From Eledone cirrhosa (taxonomy: Eukaryota), in the NCBI GenBank assembly GCA_964016885.1, contig OZ024740.1, positions 339,698,001 through 339,762,000 of the forward strand: a stretch of DNA of 64,000 nucleotides, given 5' to 3'. Made by a program: the position numbers and the translations under genes. The notes below the pieces were generated by a model that was not told where the DNA came from, searched no databases, and saw only the letters and a program-made list of their open reading frames with translations. Of this stretch, positions 48,710-63,690 are shown in pieces; within the stretch, counting starts at the first letter, position 1, and each line of letters begins with the position of its first letter.

Positions 48710-51700
48710 ATCATCATCATCCTCATCATCATCTTCGTTTAACGTTCATTTTCCGCGCTAGCATGGGTTAGACGGGAGTTGTCCCAATTTGAGTCAAGGT
48801 TGGTTGGGTGACCATGTCTCGCTCATATAGGACTATCTGGCTACGGCTGGATGCCCTTCCTAACACCAACTACATTTACAGTGTGGAACTGGGAACTTTT
48901 TACCGTGTTACCTACACGACCACATTACAGCGTGGACTGTGTGTTTTTTCGTGACACCTACACAATCTCGATCTCATTATCTCATTTATTTGGACTGGAT
49001 GTTGTGGTACCAACTTTATAGAGAGGGGGTGGTGTTGGTGGGAGTGGGAGGATAGGGTAGGGGTAGTGGATTGGGGTGTATATTTGGTTAAGAGGTGCCT
49101 ACTGACTGTAGGTTTTGCTTCGTACATAGGCAAGGCAGGTCTTCTGTATTACTGCATAACGCCAAAGATCTCGGTCCAGTGACATTGTCTTAGGGAGGTG
49201 CAAGTGTGTAAGGTCGGAATTTATTAGATCGTCCCAGGTTTTTCTGGGTCTACCTACTCCGTAACTACCATCAATTTTGATTGCACTGCACTTTTTTATA
49301 CAGCTGTTGTCTTTCATGCGCATCACATGGCCATACCAACGTAGTCTTCTTTCAAGTAAACAGCATCTGATCCCTCTAATTCCTAATTTCTCACTTAGTT
49401 CATTTATGCTTTGTCATTCACGTATATTACTATTACACATCCAACGGAGCATGCATACTTCATTCCTTTCCAGTCTGCGCAGGTCCTCTGCACATAATGC
49501 CCATGTTGCACTGCCATGTAGCATTGCTGTTAGTATACAAACATCATACAATCTGCCTTTCATTTTTAGAGAGAAACCTTTTGTGGCCAACAGCGGTATA
49601 AGCTCCCTGAACTTTTTCCATCCCGTTCTGACTCTGGCTACTGTACTTTCAGAACACCCTCCTCCACTGCTGATTTCGTCACCCAAGTAACGGAAAGTGT
49701 CTACTATTTCTATAGAACCATCTGGGCAATAGAAGGAGCTAGTATCCTGTGGACACTTGCTACTTATTGCACCTGAGCATTGGCCACATATAAAGTCTAC
49801 ATTCTTCGATAGTTTACCTGTGATCCCACTACATCTTTTATGTACCCATACTTTGCATTTGGGACATAAAATGGAATTTCTGCCTACTCCTTTCCTACAC
49901 ACTGAGCATGGCCATTTCCCTGAGTGCACCTGTACCCTATTTTCCTTTCTACAAACTAGAACTTTAGTATTAGACAAGTTAACTTTAAGGCCTTTTGATT
50001 CTAAGCCATGCTTCCATGTTTCGAATTTCTTCTCTAGTTCAGCCATTGATTCAGCTATGAGCGTTAGATCATCTGCGTATAGGAGTTCTCATGGGCAGCC
50101 GGTCTTGAACTCCTCTGTTATAGCCTGAAGGGAAATAATAAATAGGAGGGGGCTAAGGACAGAGCCTTGATGAACGCCAACTTTTACACTAAATTCTTCA
50201 CAATATTCATTGTTAATTCTAACCTTACTGACTGTTTCATTATACATAGCTTGTATAGCTCTCATAAGCCATTCATCTACACCTAGTTTTCTAAGAGCCC
50301 ACCAGATAATGGAGCGGGGGACTCTGTCAAAGGCTTTCTCCAGGTCTACAAAAGCTTTTAGCTAGGTACTTCTCTTGTAGTTGTCGTACAAGGAAAAGAG
50401 CATCTGTGGTACTTTTACCTGACACAAACCCAAACTGCATTTCATCTAGATCAATTCGCTCTCTGATTAGTTGCGCTATAACTCTTTCTGTGACTTTCAT
50501 GACCTGGTCAACTAACTTAATGCCTCTATAGTTTCCCCTATCTAGAGCATCCCCTTTACCCTTATAGCAGTTAATGATGATGGTGCTATGCCAGTTTTTT
50601 GGTATGACCCCACTCTGTATTACTTGGTTAACTATACGGGTGACCATAGTGTGTCCCACCATACCAGATGCCTTCAACATCTCAGCAACTATCTTCGAAG
50701 GCCCAGCTGCCTTGCCTGTCTTCATATCTTTGATTGCCTTACTTATTATACTACCTTTAACTTGCACCGCTGGTCCTTCTATTGGATCGATTTGGGGCAG
50801 ACTATCTTTTTTTCATTTATTCTCCTCATTTAATAGTCTCTCATAGTGACACTTCCAGGCTATCTTCTTATCAGTATCAGTGAGGGAAAGTACACCGTTA
50901 TCATTACTGACACACTTCTTCCCGACAATATCACGGTTTTCCTTGACACATTGTCTAGCAATCCTGAACACCTCACGTTTTTGGTCCTCACGTTGTAGAA
51001 CATGCTTGAACTTTCTATCCTCTGCTACCCTTTTTGCAAGGTACACTTGTCTCCTAGCTTCTCTCCTGGCCACTTGATAGGGCTCTCTACTTCCCCCATC
51101 CTGCCATACTTTCCAAGCCTGCTTTTTGGCCTTGATTGTCTCTTCTACCTTACTGTTCCACCACCAAGTTACTCTCCTCCTGCCAATAGGTTTGCTCCAG
51201 CCACAGACTTCATCCGTTGCTTTCAGCAGGTTCACTTTCAAGAATTTCCACTGTTCCTCTATATCGCACATCTCTAATTGCTCTTCCTTATTGTCAAAGG
51301 CATCAAGTAATAAGCTTTTAAATTTATCACTGGCTATGGGGTCCTTCAACTTCCATATTCTTCTCCTCAAGGTAGGCCTCTTCTGTCATCGAGTACGTCT
51401 ATTCCTGACTATGAGGTCACTAACTACTAGGCTATGTTGGGAGGTGCATTCTTCACGGGGGAGGGATTTAGTGTTTACAACAGACACTTTGTCTCGTCTT
51501 CTAGTAAGGATATAATCTATCTGGCTGGCGTGTTCCCCTGATCTATAGGTGATCAAGTGGTTTTCATGTTTTTTGAAGTTTGTGTTACAGATAGTTAGGC
51601 TATTTGCGTCACAGAATTCCAGAATTCTGAAGCTCTCCTCATTTGTATTTCCAACCCCATAGCCTTCATGGATTCCATCATAGCCATCACTACGTTGTCC

Positions 51701-52310
51701 AACGTGACCGTTTAGATCGCCAGCAATAATTAAGTAGTCACTGTCGGTTATTTGGGAGGTAGTGTGCATTAGCATCTCATAGAACCTGTCTTTATAACGT
51801 CAGGTAGACCTGATTGGGGTGCATAAGCGGATATTATTGTCACAGTAGTTCTATTTAGAACTAGTCTTAATTTAATTATTCTGTCATTCACTCTATTTAC
51901 GTCAATTACCTTATCTACCCATTTTTCAGCTAACATAATTCCTACACCACCCTGTCCGTTGTCATTTCCCACCCAGAAAAGTTCATAGCATCGTTTTTTA
52001 CCCACGATGAATCTGGCAGACCCCCCCCCCCCTCTCCACCTAGTCTCTTGAATACAACAAACATCAACTTCTTTACGTTCAAGCATCTCTACAACCTCAT
52101 TTGAGCGACCTTTCAATGTGTCTATGTTCATGGTACCAACTCTGAAGTTGGGAGAGTGGGATGGATGGATTGGAGGGGCAGGGAGGGGTGTGGGAGACGG
52201 AATTTTGTTGGTCATCCGTCTCTGAAATAAAGAGGGGTCCTTGTATTCTCGTCTTGCAGCGGGAGGTGAATTTATCTTTATCTGTGACATTGTCATTCAC
52301 TTTGATAAAA
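48710..52310 (-). pseudogene. Near full-length RTE-clade LINE (APE endonuclease, RT, PHD finger, C-terminus, 3' UTR), frameshifted
   Basis: APE: VGTMNI, CCIQETRW, ISAYAPQ, AGDLNGHVG, QIDYIL; RT: NYRGIKL, QFGF, DLEKAFDRVP, GVHQGSVLSP, YADD (50068-50079); FRYLGD; RRLRWYGH; (GAT)n tail. Confidence 0.95.
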
Positions 52311-53135
52311 CTTTACTTTCTGTTGTGCCTATGAGCAATTATTATTGCACTTCTTCGTTAAAGAATCTATGAAGGAGCAACTATTTAGTTGTTCAATCTG
52401 CCAGAAATGGCAACCAGATTGTTTTTCAAACGACACTTTAATGTTTTACCAAAATGAGATCTTTTCAATCCCAATGCATGGCATCTTGGGCAAGTGTCTT
52501 CTACTGAAACCTTGAATCAACCAATATCTCATGAGTGAAATTGGTAGACAAACACTGTTAGGAGGGTTGTTGTGTGTAATATAAATATCTCCTACAGTGG
52601 TATTCCCCACTCAATCCCATCTATACCTCTCTAGTGTTGGTATCACAATAGAAATGCACCCAGCCCACTTTTTTAAGTCCTGGTGCCATGATAACACTGT
52701 AGAACAGCAATGCTGCAGCCATGGCAAAATGCATTCAGTTGACACTGTAAGGTAGTAGTGCAGGACATGATAAAATACTTCCAGTACACATAAAGTGGTT
52801 GGTGTTAGGAACGACAGCCAGCTGTAGAAACCAAGCCAAAAACACCATACAAGTAGAATGTGGTCACCTAACCACTCTAACCTCAATACATGACAATGTA
52901 TCTAACCCAGGCAAGCATAGGAAATAGATGTTAAACAGTAATGGCACACACACACACATATATAGATATTGTCTTTATGTCAGCCTTTTCATGCTAGCCT
53001 GAGTTGAATAGGATTTTTGGAGGGGGTAGTGTTTTATGCCTGGGTGCTCCTTCTGATGCCAGATTTATTTTATTACCTCTTACAACACACAGGTATACTA
53101 TATATCGTATCTATTCTAAAAACTAGGATGCACAT

Positions 53136-53219
<84 letters not shown>

Positions 53220-53716
53220 CACACACATATACACACTTGTATATACAACAACAACAACAAACCTTTTAAAGCTATCTTTCCTGCTAAAGTCAGAGTTAGC
53301 CTTGCAGAACTATGCCAAGCTTCACACTCATCATGAGGTTCATGTTATGGCTGGATGCTTTCCTGGCACTAACCTTTTTAGTTGTCTCTTATGACACTAA
53401 GATATGGTGTATTTATTCTAAACCATATGCAGACACCATATATACATATATATATATCATTATCTGAGTGTGAACTGAAATCATGAAAGAATGATCCTAT
53501 AATATGTAAACATAGAGGTATTTTTAAGCACTAAAATATGTGGCAACTAAACATATGTATTAATCAGTATTCAGTTTGATGATGGTATGATGGTATCCAA
53601 TTATCATAGCAGATTAATCTTACGTGCACCATCAATCTTCAGCCTGTATATGTGTGTGTATATAAGGTATATGCATATTACATGTGTGTGTATTTATTTA
53701 TATGTGCATATATATG

Positions 53717-53749
<33 letters not shown>

Positions 53750-53846
53750 ATATGTATATGTTTATATGTATGTATATATGTGTGTGAGTGCACATATAAA
53801 TATGTATGCATGTGTATGGCAGATTTTATGAAGTTTGTGTACAAAT

Positions 53847-54832
53847 AGCAATGTTGCATGGAAGTAAGACCTGGGTACTCTATGCAGAAGACCTACAAAG
53901 ATTGGAAAGAAATGAAGCTTGCATGCTCCAATGGATGTGTAATAATAGTGTGCATGCACAGTGAAGTGTCAATGAACTGAGAGAGTAACTTGGCATAAGA
54001 GAAGTTAGATGCAGTGATCAGAAGAGGAGATTGTGGTTGTACACCTGATGCATATGGATTATGACAGCTGCATAAAAAGGTGCAGGATGCTAAATTTGAC
54101 TAGAACTATGGAAAAGGAAAATCTAGGAAAGTTTATGATGAAGTGACAAAGCCCAATTAAACCTCACGAAGGAAATGACACAGGATCAAGACAAGATCTC
54201 TGGTGTCATGTTGTACTGCAGTAAACCTGCCTTCCCATGTGCACAGAATGAAACAAAGATGTAGAGGACACACTAGCCTAATCCAATCTCCTCTTCACCC
54301 CTCCCTATTCACCCTGCTCAGTTTTAATACCCTGCTCTCACCAGCAAAATATCTCACTTGCTTATTTCTCCCTCCCACCTCTCCTGCTCAACCCACACAT
54401 ACAAACATGAAAGCTGGACATGCTCTCTATCTAATCTCCAACAATAACATTGTTATGACAAAAAGCATTATGTCCACTCTGTTTGCTGATCCAGTGCCAC
54501 AACAACAAAAGCACCCAGTCTGTCCTGTAAGGTGATCATGTTGGTGAAATGAGAAAAATATAATGTCCACCCTGTAAGGTGGTCAATCTGGTGATATGAC
54601 AAAATGCGCCCAGTTCAACCAGTAACATGGTCATGTTGGTAACATGATAAAAACCACCCAGTCAACACTGTAATGTGGTTGGCATTAGAAAGGGTATCCA
54701 GCTGTAGAAACCAAGCCAGAAACAGTTCTGTATGAGAAAGACGTAGGTTACCTGACCTGACTTCTCTCATAATGTGACAACCCATCTAATCCATGCAAGC
54801 ATGGAAAAATAGACATTAAAGGAAGTTATGAT
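53847..54832 (+). mobile_element. Degenerate 5'-truncated RTE with expanded 3' UTR subrepeats
   Basis: AMLHGS.TW.L.AEDLQRLERNEACML; ~45-bp subrepeats at 54490-54680; tail motif. Confidence 0.8.
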
Positions 54833-54897
54833 TATATATATATGTATGTATGTATGTATATTTGTAGGTATATATGTATATATATAGGTATGTATAT

Positions 54898-55555
54898 ATC
54901 ATCATCATCGTTTAATGTCCATTTTTTATGCTAGCATGTGTTAGATGGGTTCTCCTATTAGAGGCAAGTTAGGTCAGGTGACCGTGTCTTGCTCATATAG
55001 AACTGTTTCTGGCTAGGTTTCTATGGCTGGATGCCCTTCCTAGTGCCAACCACATTTACAGTGTGTGCTGGGTGCTTATTATCGTGACTCCTACACGATC
55101 ACTTTACAGTGTGGTCTTAGTGCTTTATCTCGTGACACCCATACAACCACTTTACTGTGTGGGCTGGATGTTTTTTTGTTGTGATACCAACATAACTTTA
55201 CTGTGTGAGGGTGGTGTGGACAGAAGTGGGTGGTTTGGGTTGTGTGAGGATGTATAGAAGTGGGTATAGTGGTTAAGAGGTGCCTACTAGATGTATGTTT
55301 GAATCCGTGTGTCTTTTGTATTACTGTATAATGCCAAAGATCTTGATCCTGTGTCATTCTCTTTGAGAGGTACAACTCAGCAAGGTCAGTTTTTATCACC
55401 TCATCCTAGGTCTTCCTACTCCATAGCTTTGATTGCCCTGCACCTTTTTATACAGCTGTCATCCTTCATACGTATCACATGATTATACCAACGCAATCTC
55501 TTCTCTAGCATACTGCATCTGTTCCCTAATTTCTCACGCAGTTCATTTATGCTTC
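54898..55555 (-). mobile_element. 5'-truncated RTE
   Basis: IKTDLAELYLSKRMTQDQDLWHYTVIQKT; 3' UTR and tail motif. Confidence 0.82.
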
Positions 55556-55582
55556 TATACATATGTATGTATGTATGTATAC

Positions 55583-55632
<50 letters not shown>

Positions 55633-55975
55633 CTGTGTGTGCTGGTCTATAATGAAAAATGTTGGTGTCAGAACCTGATTATTGTTAAAGCTGCAATTTC
55701 CTGGCTATGATATTATAGAACGTTGATCCCTATGTTATTTCATACAGAAAGTAAAGTATGAAATTCATCAATCTTTCCAATGTCAGTTTTACAATCAGAT
55801 TTGTCTACCTACCACAGTATAAGGCTGGCATAGAAGCATTTTTAGGTTTCCACATCTGTTCCACAGAATTTTGCAGCACCAATGAAATTTTCTTTTTTTT
55901 AAATCTTCTCTGCTATTGGAGACAAATACTTAAAAAATTAGGTTCATTATGATTATTGACATAAACATTCCATCA

Positions 55976-56055
55976 GCTCTCTCTCTCTCTCTCTTTCTCC
56001 TGTCTCTAGCTCTCTCTTTCTCTCTCTCTCTTTCTCTCTCTCACTCTCTCTCTCT

Positions 56056-56133
<78 letters not shown>
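55976..56133. repeat. (CT)n microsatellite
   Basis: Direct inspection. Confidence 0.95.
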
Positions 56134-56137
<4 letters not shown>

Positions 56138-57382
56138 GATGTTATTTCTTGCTACAGTGTTCTGATTTTGGTTGAAATTCTTGATTTGTAAATATTTGTT
56201 TGGTTTTTCTTTACATTTTCATTCAACTTGCTAAATCTAATTTATTTTTTAGTCCTATTTCAAATTACAAATCAACAGATTTTTGTTTCAATCCCCATTT
56301 TCTCCAACAGTCAATCTCAGTTGATGATGTTTTTTTGTTTGTTTATTTACAGTTTTGTTTGCATCCTATATTTGTTGTTGTTTAAATAAGATTTAATTAG
56401 ATATTACAAGGAAATAAGTTGCTTACATTTCTAATAATGTAGGTCACTAAAAGAATTGCTAATCAAAGACAAATTTCTGGTCTTGTTTTCTGGTAAAATT
56501 CACCAATTCCATTTGTATGGAATAATCATAGACTTTTTGTAGTCTAATTGCTTTGAAATAAAGCTGCATTGGTCTGACAAAAAAAGCAAGTGTACTGTAA
56601 TATTTCCATGGTAAAGAATATAGTAAAAAGCAGGTTAAAATTTGTTTAGTGTTGTTATTATCATCATCATCATCATTATCATTGTCTCATGTTAGATGAG
56701 GTTTTTTTTGAGGTAGAATTCTATGGTTGGATGCCTTTCTTGATGCCAATACTCACTTGTTTTTTGTTTTTTTAAAATAAAGTGCATAATCTTTACACAC
56801 ATAACTATGTATGTATATATATATATATCATCATCATCATGGTTTAACGTCTATCTTCCACGTTAGCATGGGTTATATACATATAGAGATAGAGATAGAG
56901 ATAGAAAGACAGAGCGACATATAGATGGATGAACACAATGCATTTTGTACTGTTTCTGCCTATCAATCTCATTTACAAAGCATTGGTTAACACAAAGCTA
57001 TGGAAGAAGACACTTGCTCTAAATGGGTTTGTGGTTATAAAGGAAACTCTTAACCACACAGTCATGCCTTCATCTAGTAATAGTATTAGTTATTAATAAA
57101 TCATTATTGGATTTCTATAAATGATCAATGCCTCACAATGATGTATTCTACATTTTACATAGAAGATTGTTATATCTTCACCAAAGTTGCAAGTCTAGTC
57201 AACAATTCCATTATTTTTTCCTGGCTTTCTTCTAATAAATCTCTTCTAATTAACTAATCTGTTAATGGACATGTCTAAGTATTAATCACAACACTGAGTT
57301 GGCACAACCAATGGGATTCTCTCTTACACTATATATAATTAGTAAATTTTTTTCCATATTAATTTATTAGTTATTTAATTCT

Positions 57383-57533
<151 letters not shown>

Positions 57534-59189
57534 CCCTCAATATGTGTGAATGTTATTATATATGTGAGAGAGAGAGAGAAAGAAATTGGTGAGTCAGTCA
57601 TCATAAGATGTCTCTGAGGATTGTCAGACAATAGTTTATAACAATCTTCAATCAATATGTCTAAATAGTAAGAAGCATTTTCTTGTAACCAAGGAAACTG
57701 ATGCCATGTTTGACTCATACCACACAGATATTGGAATCCAGGAAATATGGACACTATCTAATTTCATTTGTTCATTCCCCCACTCAACAAATATATCTAA
57801 AATAAGAAAAGCTATACAAGTTTCCATTGATCCAGACAGGCTATGGTAATGTCACATGTTGAAATTCTGTAGTTATTTATACTTTGCTTAGATTTTGTTG
57901 CAGCCTTCTGTTACATACAATATCTTTTAGATATCAATCAATCTCACTTAAACTGGATTCAGAATACTGATAAATATACTATTTTCTGATCCACCACAAT
58001 AAAAATGATCTAATTTTAGGCTAGAAATTTATTACAAATTTGCTTTTTAGTCTTTTTTTCCCCCAGATAAATTTCCATGGTCGAAATATATTAATAGTAT
58101 CATTGGATTAAAATCCAAGTGTGGTGGTCGATAACTAAAGATATTTCTTAATATAGAATATAATAGTAGCTATCTGTTTGTTTAGATAAATCATAGCATT
58201 GGTTGACCTATCTAAGACACAGATACAAGGTCAATGTAAACTATTAGTTAGCACCCTGATTGTTAGAGATATAGTTTCTTTTAATATTGAAGTCATCATC
58301 ATCATCATTGTTTTTAAACCTCCATTTTTTTCTATGCTGGCATTAGTTGGATAAAACATTTTAAGGCAGAATTTTACAACCAGATGCTCTTCTTGATACC
58401 AATACTTACTGGTTTTGCTTTTAAGTAAGATATGAATCTCTGCCTGCCTAACTGCTGATACACTCAACTTCTGTTTTTGTGGGACATTACCAGATATTGC
58501 TACACTAGCAATATTACATGTAAAGGGAGAATTACAAACACACACATATGATGGGTTCCATACAGTATCCAGCTTCCAAATTTAATTACAAGATATTGGT
58601 TGAGCTAGGAGACTCTAATCCAAGGTGTCATGTACAAGGATAGAACCTGAAAACTAGTGACTGCAAAGCATACATCTCAACCACACATTCAGGCATGCAC
58701 TTAAAAACCAAATTGTTAAAAACCAAATAGTTTATTAACTGAAAATGGCAGTCGGTTGGCAGTATCAGATGGAATACTTTGTGATATTTTAGAGTGTCCC
58801 GTTTTGAGTTCAAATACTGCATAGGTCGACTTTAACTTTCTTCCTTCCAGGATATAATTGAATCTATCATCCCAGCGTTCAGTTTGTTTTTAACTGAAAA
58901 TTGTTAACCAAGTTTGGCATAAATGTTTTTATGTATTTTGAGCTTTTCAGTTGTATAAAGAACTGTTTTGTACATAGCTATCAATAGCTATACTATATAG
59001 CAACAGATCCAAACCTAACACCCTAAACTACCATGGATCTGCAAAATTAGACCTGGGAGTCCATGAGCTACATTTAGAATTTCAAGTATTTTGTGAGAAA
59101 CATACTGTACACATACTATTAGGTATTCATTCTTTTCTGAGTATAAACATTTCTCTCTATTAATTTTTATTCTTGCCATATAACAATTT

Positions 59190-59454
59190 AGAAGGTGGGC
59201 AATTGTAATGTGCATGAAGCTGTGGAAAAATATATTTAACTATTTGGTACTAAACTGCCTGAAATGACCTGAAATGGCCCATGATTCTATGAGGGAAAAC
59301 TGTTTATTTTGAAGTGTTTACATTTATCTAAAACGCTTCCAAACATCAGCTAAATTATCAACATCATTATATCCCTTCAAACTCTTTATTTTCATAATTA
59401 TTCTAAAATCATAGGCAGTGTCTTTCATTAGAAATATGGAAATGAAAGGGTTAA
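59190..59454. mobile_element. piggyBac-type MITE end
   Basis: GAAATATGGAAATGAAAGGG|TTAA; reverse-complement homology to the 12178 end. Confidence 0.5.
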
Positions 59455-60879
59455 ATAATAAAGAGGGTTCTTGATAGGGAACAACTTTGGAACAGCTACT
59501 ATAAAGGTATGATAAATTCTATGAATTGGAAGTAAGTCGAGTGTGTAATCTAGTTTTGATTCCATGGCTCCATAGAGCTATTAGTCATGTTATTACTTAC
59601 ACTTTTGGTGATGTATAAACACCATAACATTCTTCTTATTTTCTGTAATCAATAGAGCTGGTCACCCTTTGCTGGATTGATTCTCTGAACTATTGATTCT
59701 GTTCATCACTTCTGTGAGGAATGAATAACTATTGATTGACATGGCATTTAATTCCTGAAAGAGTAAACAATTGGTCAGCTTTGAGGTTTTTTTAGATTAA
59801 AAGAATAAAAGACTACAAAAGTCAACTGGTTCTATCAGAAGAGGCAAGAATATAAAGGGTAATAAAAAAAATAGTTACAAAATAGAGTACAAAGATATAG
59901 CTTACATGAAATTTTCCATCAAATTTCTGTTTGTTTCATTTTTCTAACTGGCCATCTATCTTAAAACACTTCTTCACTGATATCAAAATGTCAGAGTGTA
60001 AAGAACAATGTTAGAAAAAAAACACATAAAGCAAAACTGGCAACCATAGAAATAAAACCTCATTTCATTTTAGAAAGGAATAAAAAGTCTATTGTCCTTT
60101 ATTACCATTATCTATCTTAGTATAAGAATAATTGTTTCATAGTGCTGGTTATTTATTTATTTATTACTGTCTATCTAGCGTAAAGAAGATGGTGATAGTA
60201 GGAGGTGTATGGTGGGTGGTGGCTATGGCAGTGGCAGTGATGGTAATGATTAATTGAACTTCGATCTCAGTTGATGGTATAACATTATTTTTTTTCATAA
60301 ATAAGATATTGTGTGTAGAGAAAGAAGCTATATTCCATCCTAATGGTACACATATATGAACAGACACACACATACATACACACATATATATATAACAGTA
60401 TAATGCTTTAGCTAATACTGTCCTAAAAATAAGAGAGATAGTAAAAGTTGTCTTTAGAGGACTCCCCAGTTCATTTAACCATAGGATACAGCATATCCCA
60501 CCCCTTCACTATAAATACAGCCAACACAATAACCACTTCACAAAGACAAATGAAGTTCCTTTGCACTTTGACCAACATATTTCATTAAAAGGAAGAAATT
60601 CTGCCAATATTTTATGGCTTTTTCATCATAGATTATCCCAGTCCTACTTAAACCTAAAACTTCTCTAGTACAAACTGTAGTAATATAATTAGAACTACTC
60701 TACATGTGCACTAATACATGCTGATATCTTTAATGTAGGAATACAACACACTTCTTTGCTCATTTTAGCATTCACTGCAAACTATCAGCATATCTCATCT
60801 TCAATGTATAAGTAAAAACTTAACTGCAGCTATCTTATTAATCTTTGCTCAAACTTCAACAAATTGCTTGCTTTAACCC

Positions 60880-61110
60880 TTAACTCCTGCCATGACATGC
60901 TTTGTACTAGTCTTCTCCATCTGTTGTGGTTGCTTGTTAAATCTCAGGTCTCCACCCATCTATTCTTTGATGTTTTCCATCCATCTTTTCCTCTGGCTTA
61001 ATCTTCTTTTGTTCCCCACCTCCTCACAGTTTCTTGAAAACTCGTCTTTGCAAGGCCATTGGATCTTGTTACATGGCCATACTATCTCAGTTTCCTTTAC
61101 TTTGCCTTTG
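60880..61110 (-). mobile_element. RTE (BovB-like) C-terminal fragment
   Basis: RKLR*YGHVTRSNGLAKTSFQ...SQRKRWMENIKE. Confidence 0.65.
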
Positions 61111-62789
61111 TAAGATTGGGAGAGAGGCTGTTCATGTGGGAGAGAGGCTGTTCATGTTATGCTGGGTAGTTTTGCATACCTACTCGTATATGATCTGGTC
61201 TAATTGTGAATTACATCTTTGTCACACTTATCATTACAACTGCAATGAAGAAGCAATTGTTACATTAGAAACATATAACCAACTTTCTACTCTTCATAAA
61301 ATGCAATATAAAATAAAAAATAATAAATACACTAAATATAGAAAAACCATAAACTCAAACTCAAATTTATCTCCCATTTTACCCTACCTATTGGATCCTT
61401 GAAGAATAAATGGTTCAGTGGTCAGGATGTTGGGCTCGTGATTGTGAGGTCCTGGGCTTGATTCCCAGATCAGGTGGCATATTGTATCCTTGAGCAAAAC
61501 ATTTCATTTCACATTGGCTCCTGTCCACTCCATGTGATGGCCTGACATTTCAGTTAGGGGAGAGTAGTACACTTAAAACCACATGAAATCAGATTAAACT
61601 CCAGCCTGATAAGCATATAGGTTTTAAAAAAAACATTTTTTAAAATTGGACTCTTTATTTAGTAACAATAGGTGACTGTACTTATGATATGAACCTTAGT
61701 AGAGCTCAACTCCCTCATTTATCATCATCAATTTACATCTGCTTTCCATGCTGACATATGGGTTAGTTAGGTTGTCACAATCTGAGACTAGATTAGTTAG
61801 AGAACCATGTCTCACTCATATGTTCCATTTTTAGCTTGTGTGAGCAGGTGGGGTGGTATATTGATACGCAAATTGACTGAATGGTCATGGCTGGAATGAC
61901 TTTGATTGTAGGTTTGATCAGTTAGTCTGCTGATCTGTAAACAAAAACAGAAACTATAATAAGCACAGTGGGAGATATCAATATAATCATCATAAATATC
62001 AGGCTCCTTTACTCCTGCTCCTTCCTGTCCTAGATTACAGTTTTATAAGCAAGATGTCGGAGATAAGAAAGACATCAGTAGTTGAGTGACAAAGCTAAAT
62101 CAATAAATTCATTTGGTACAGTTGATTTCTTAAGAAATCACTATTTTACCATGTTGTCATTTCACTGAATAGGTTTTATACATACATATAGCTTATGTGC
62201 ACATATTCTCTTTTATAACTATTACAACCAGTTAATGTTTCAACATTAGAATGCAACTATATTTTAACGGAATTTTTCTCACTTTATGACCAATAAAATT
62301 CATTAGTTCCTCAGTGAGTTCTATATTTGCATCTATGATGGGTCATTATTTCCTCATTTTCTCCTTCTCCAAGCTAATTTAAGCAAGTCTATTGCTTTCA
62401 GCTATTTTTGTTTATGGTATATAGTAAACTACACTCATAATTGTTTCATTTTTTTCTTTATGCCTATTATCATGACTTCAATTTTCTTTTTGATTTTTAG
62501 ACTTTTTTGTTTCAACCTGTGAATTACATTAACATTAGCTGTTTCTATCAACTATGTTTTGTAATCTGGGATACTGTGTTGCTGTGTCATGTACTTTAGT
62601 AACAGTGTATACTAGGGGATAAAGATAAAGTTTGTGAGATAATAAACTACTGAGATACTAAGCTACTAGTGTATTGAGGTAGTGAGACACTACAGGACTT
62701 AGATCCAGAGCCACTGAGGCAAGATAATAAGTTAATGAGGTAATGTAACAAAAAGGTACTGAGGTACATACTCATATCTAAAATAATTT

Positions 62790-63117
62790 TTTACTACTGG
62801 CACTCTGTCGGTTATGATGACAAGTGTTCCAGTTAGAATCAATGGAACAGCCTGCTTGTGAATTTAACGTGCAAGGGGCTGAGCATTTCACAGACATGCA
62901 TACCCTTAACGTAGTTCTCAGGGAGATTCAGCATGACACAGAATATGACAAGGCTGGCCCTTCGAATTACAGGTACAACTCATTTTTGCCAGCTGAGTGG
63001 ACTGGAACAACATGAAATAAAGTGTCTTGCTCAAGGACACAATGCGTTGCCAGGAACCAAACTCATGACCTTACGATTGTGAGCTGAACACTCAAACCAC
63101 AAAGCCATGCACCTTCA
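62790..63117 (-). mobile_element. Full-length family-B CORE-like SINE with non-RTE tail
   Basis: Head GGTGCATGGCTTTGTGGTTTGAGTG...GAGTTTGGTTCC; core TCCTTGAGCAAGACACTTTATTTCA..TTG.TCCAGTCCACTCAGCTG; 3' half differs from the 11.8 kb and 38.8 kb copies. Confidence 0.8.
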
Positions 63118-63389
63118 CATCTAAAATGATACATTTGTAGTAAAACACTTATGATAAAGGAGAGAGCCAATAATATGAACTTCCACCAACAGATTTGATT
63201 TGCTGCACATTCAGAACCAATCAGTGACATGTATATTTGTAGGTGGCAGTAGCAGTAACACTGCATCAACCAGTTTGCAAGTTTGCAAACATTCCCCTAT
63301 TTTCTACACATTTATTTAAAATCCATATGCTCTCTTATTTTACTGAAATTATTAAAATGAATTACAGTAGAGTGGAATGAGAGAAAACA

Positions 63390-63690
63390 TCTGTGTTGCT
63401 AATACAATTGTTGTATTGTCGTTCTGTGTTGATCTACCAAGTGTGTGTATTAGCATACAATTGTGTTGCTAATACAATTGTATTTCTATCATAGATGTAT
63501 TTCTAATGAGGCTATGATTCTAACACAGAGGTGATGATTTAATACAACAATATTGCTAACAGAGGTTTGATGTTAGTATAGCTATATCACTAATATAGTT
63601 GAGTTGCTAATATAGTTGTGTTATTTATTACAATTCAGTTGCAATCGTGTTGCTAATGCAGTTATGTTTGCTAATACAGTTGTGTTGTTA
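63390..63690. repeat. Degenerate ~20-bp tandem repeat
   Basis: TGTGTTGCTAATACA(A/G)TTG recurring. Confidence 0.65.

Noticed and set aside
48710-52310. Active autonomous LINE
   Set aside because: The ORF is broken by several frameshifts and stops; no TSD or 5' ribozyme could be identified by eye
59650-59725. Box C (GTGATGA) suggesting a C/D snoRNA on the - strand
   Set aside because: No appropriately placed CTGA box D or terminal stem
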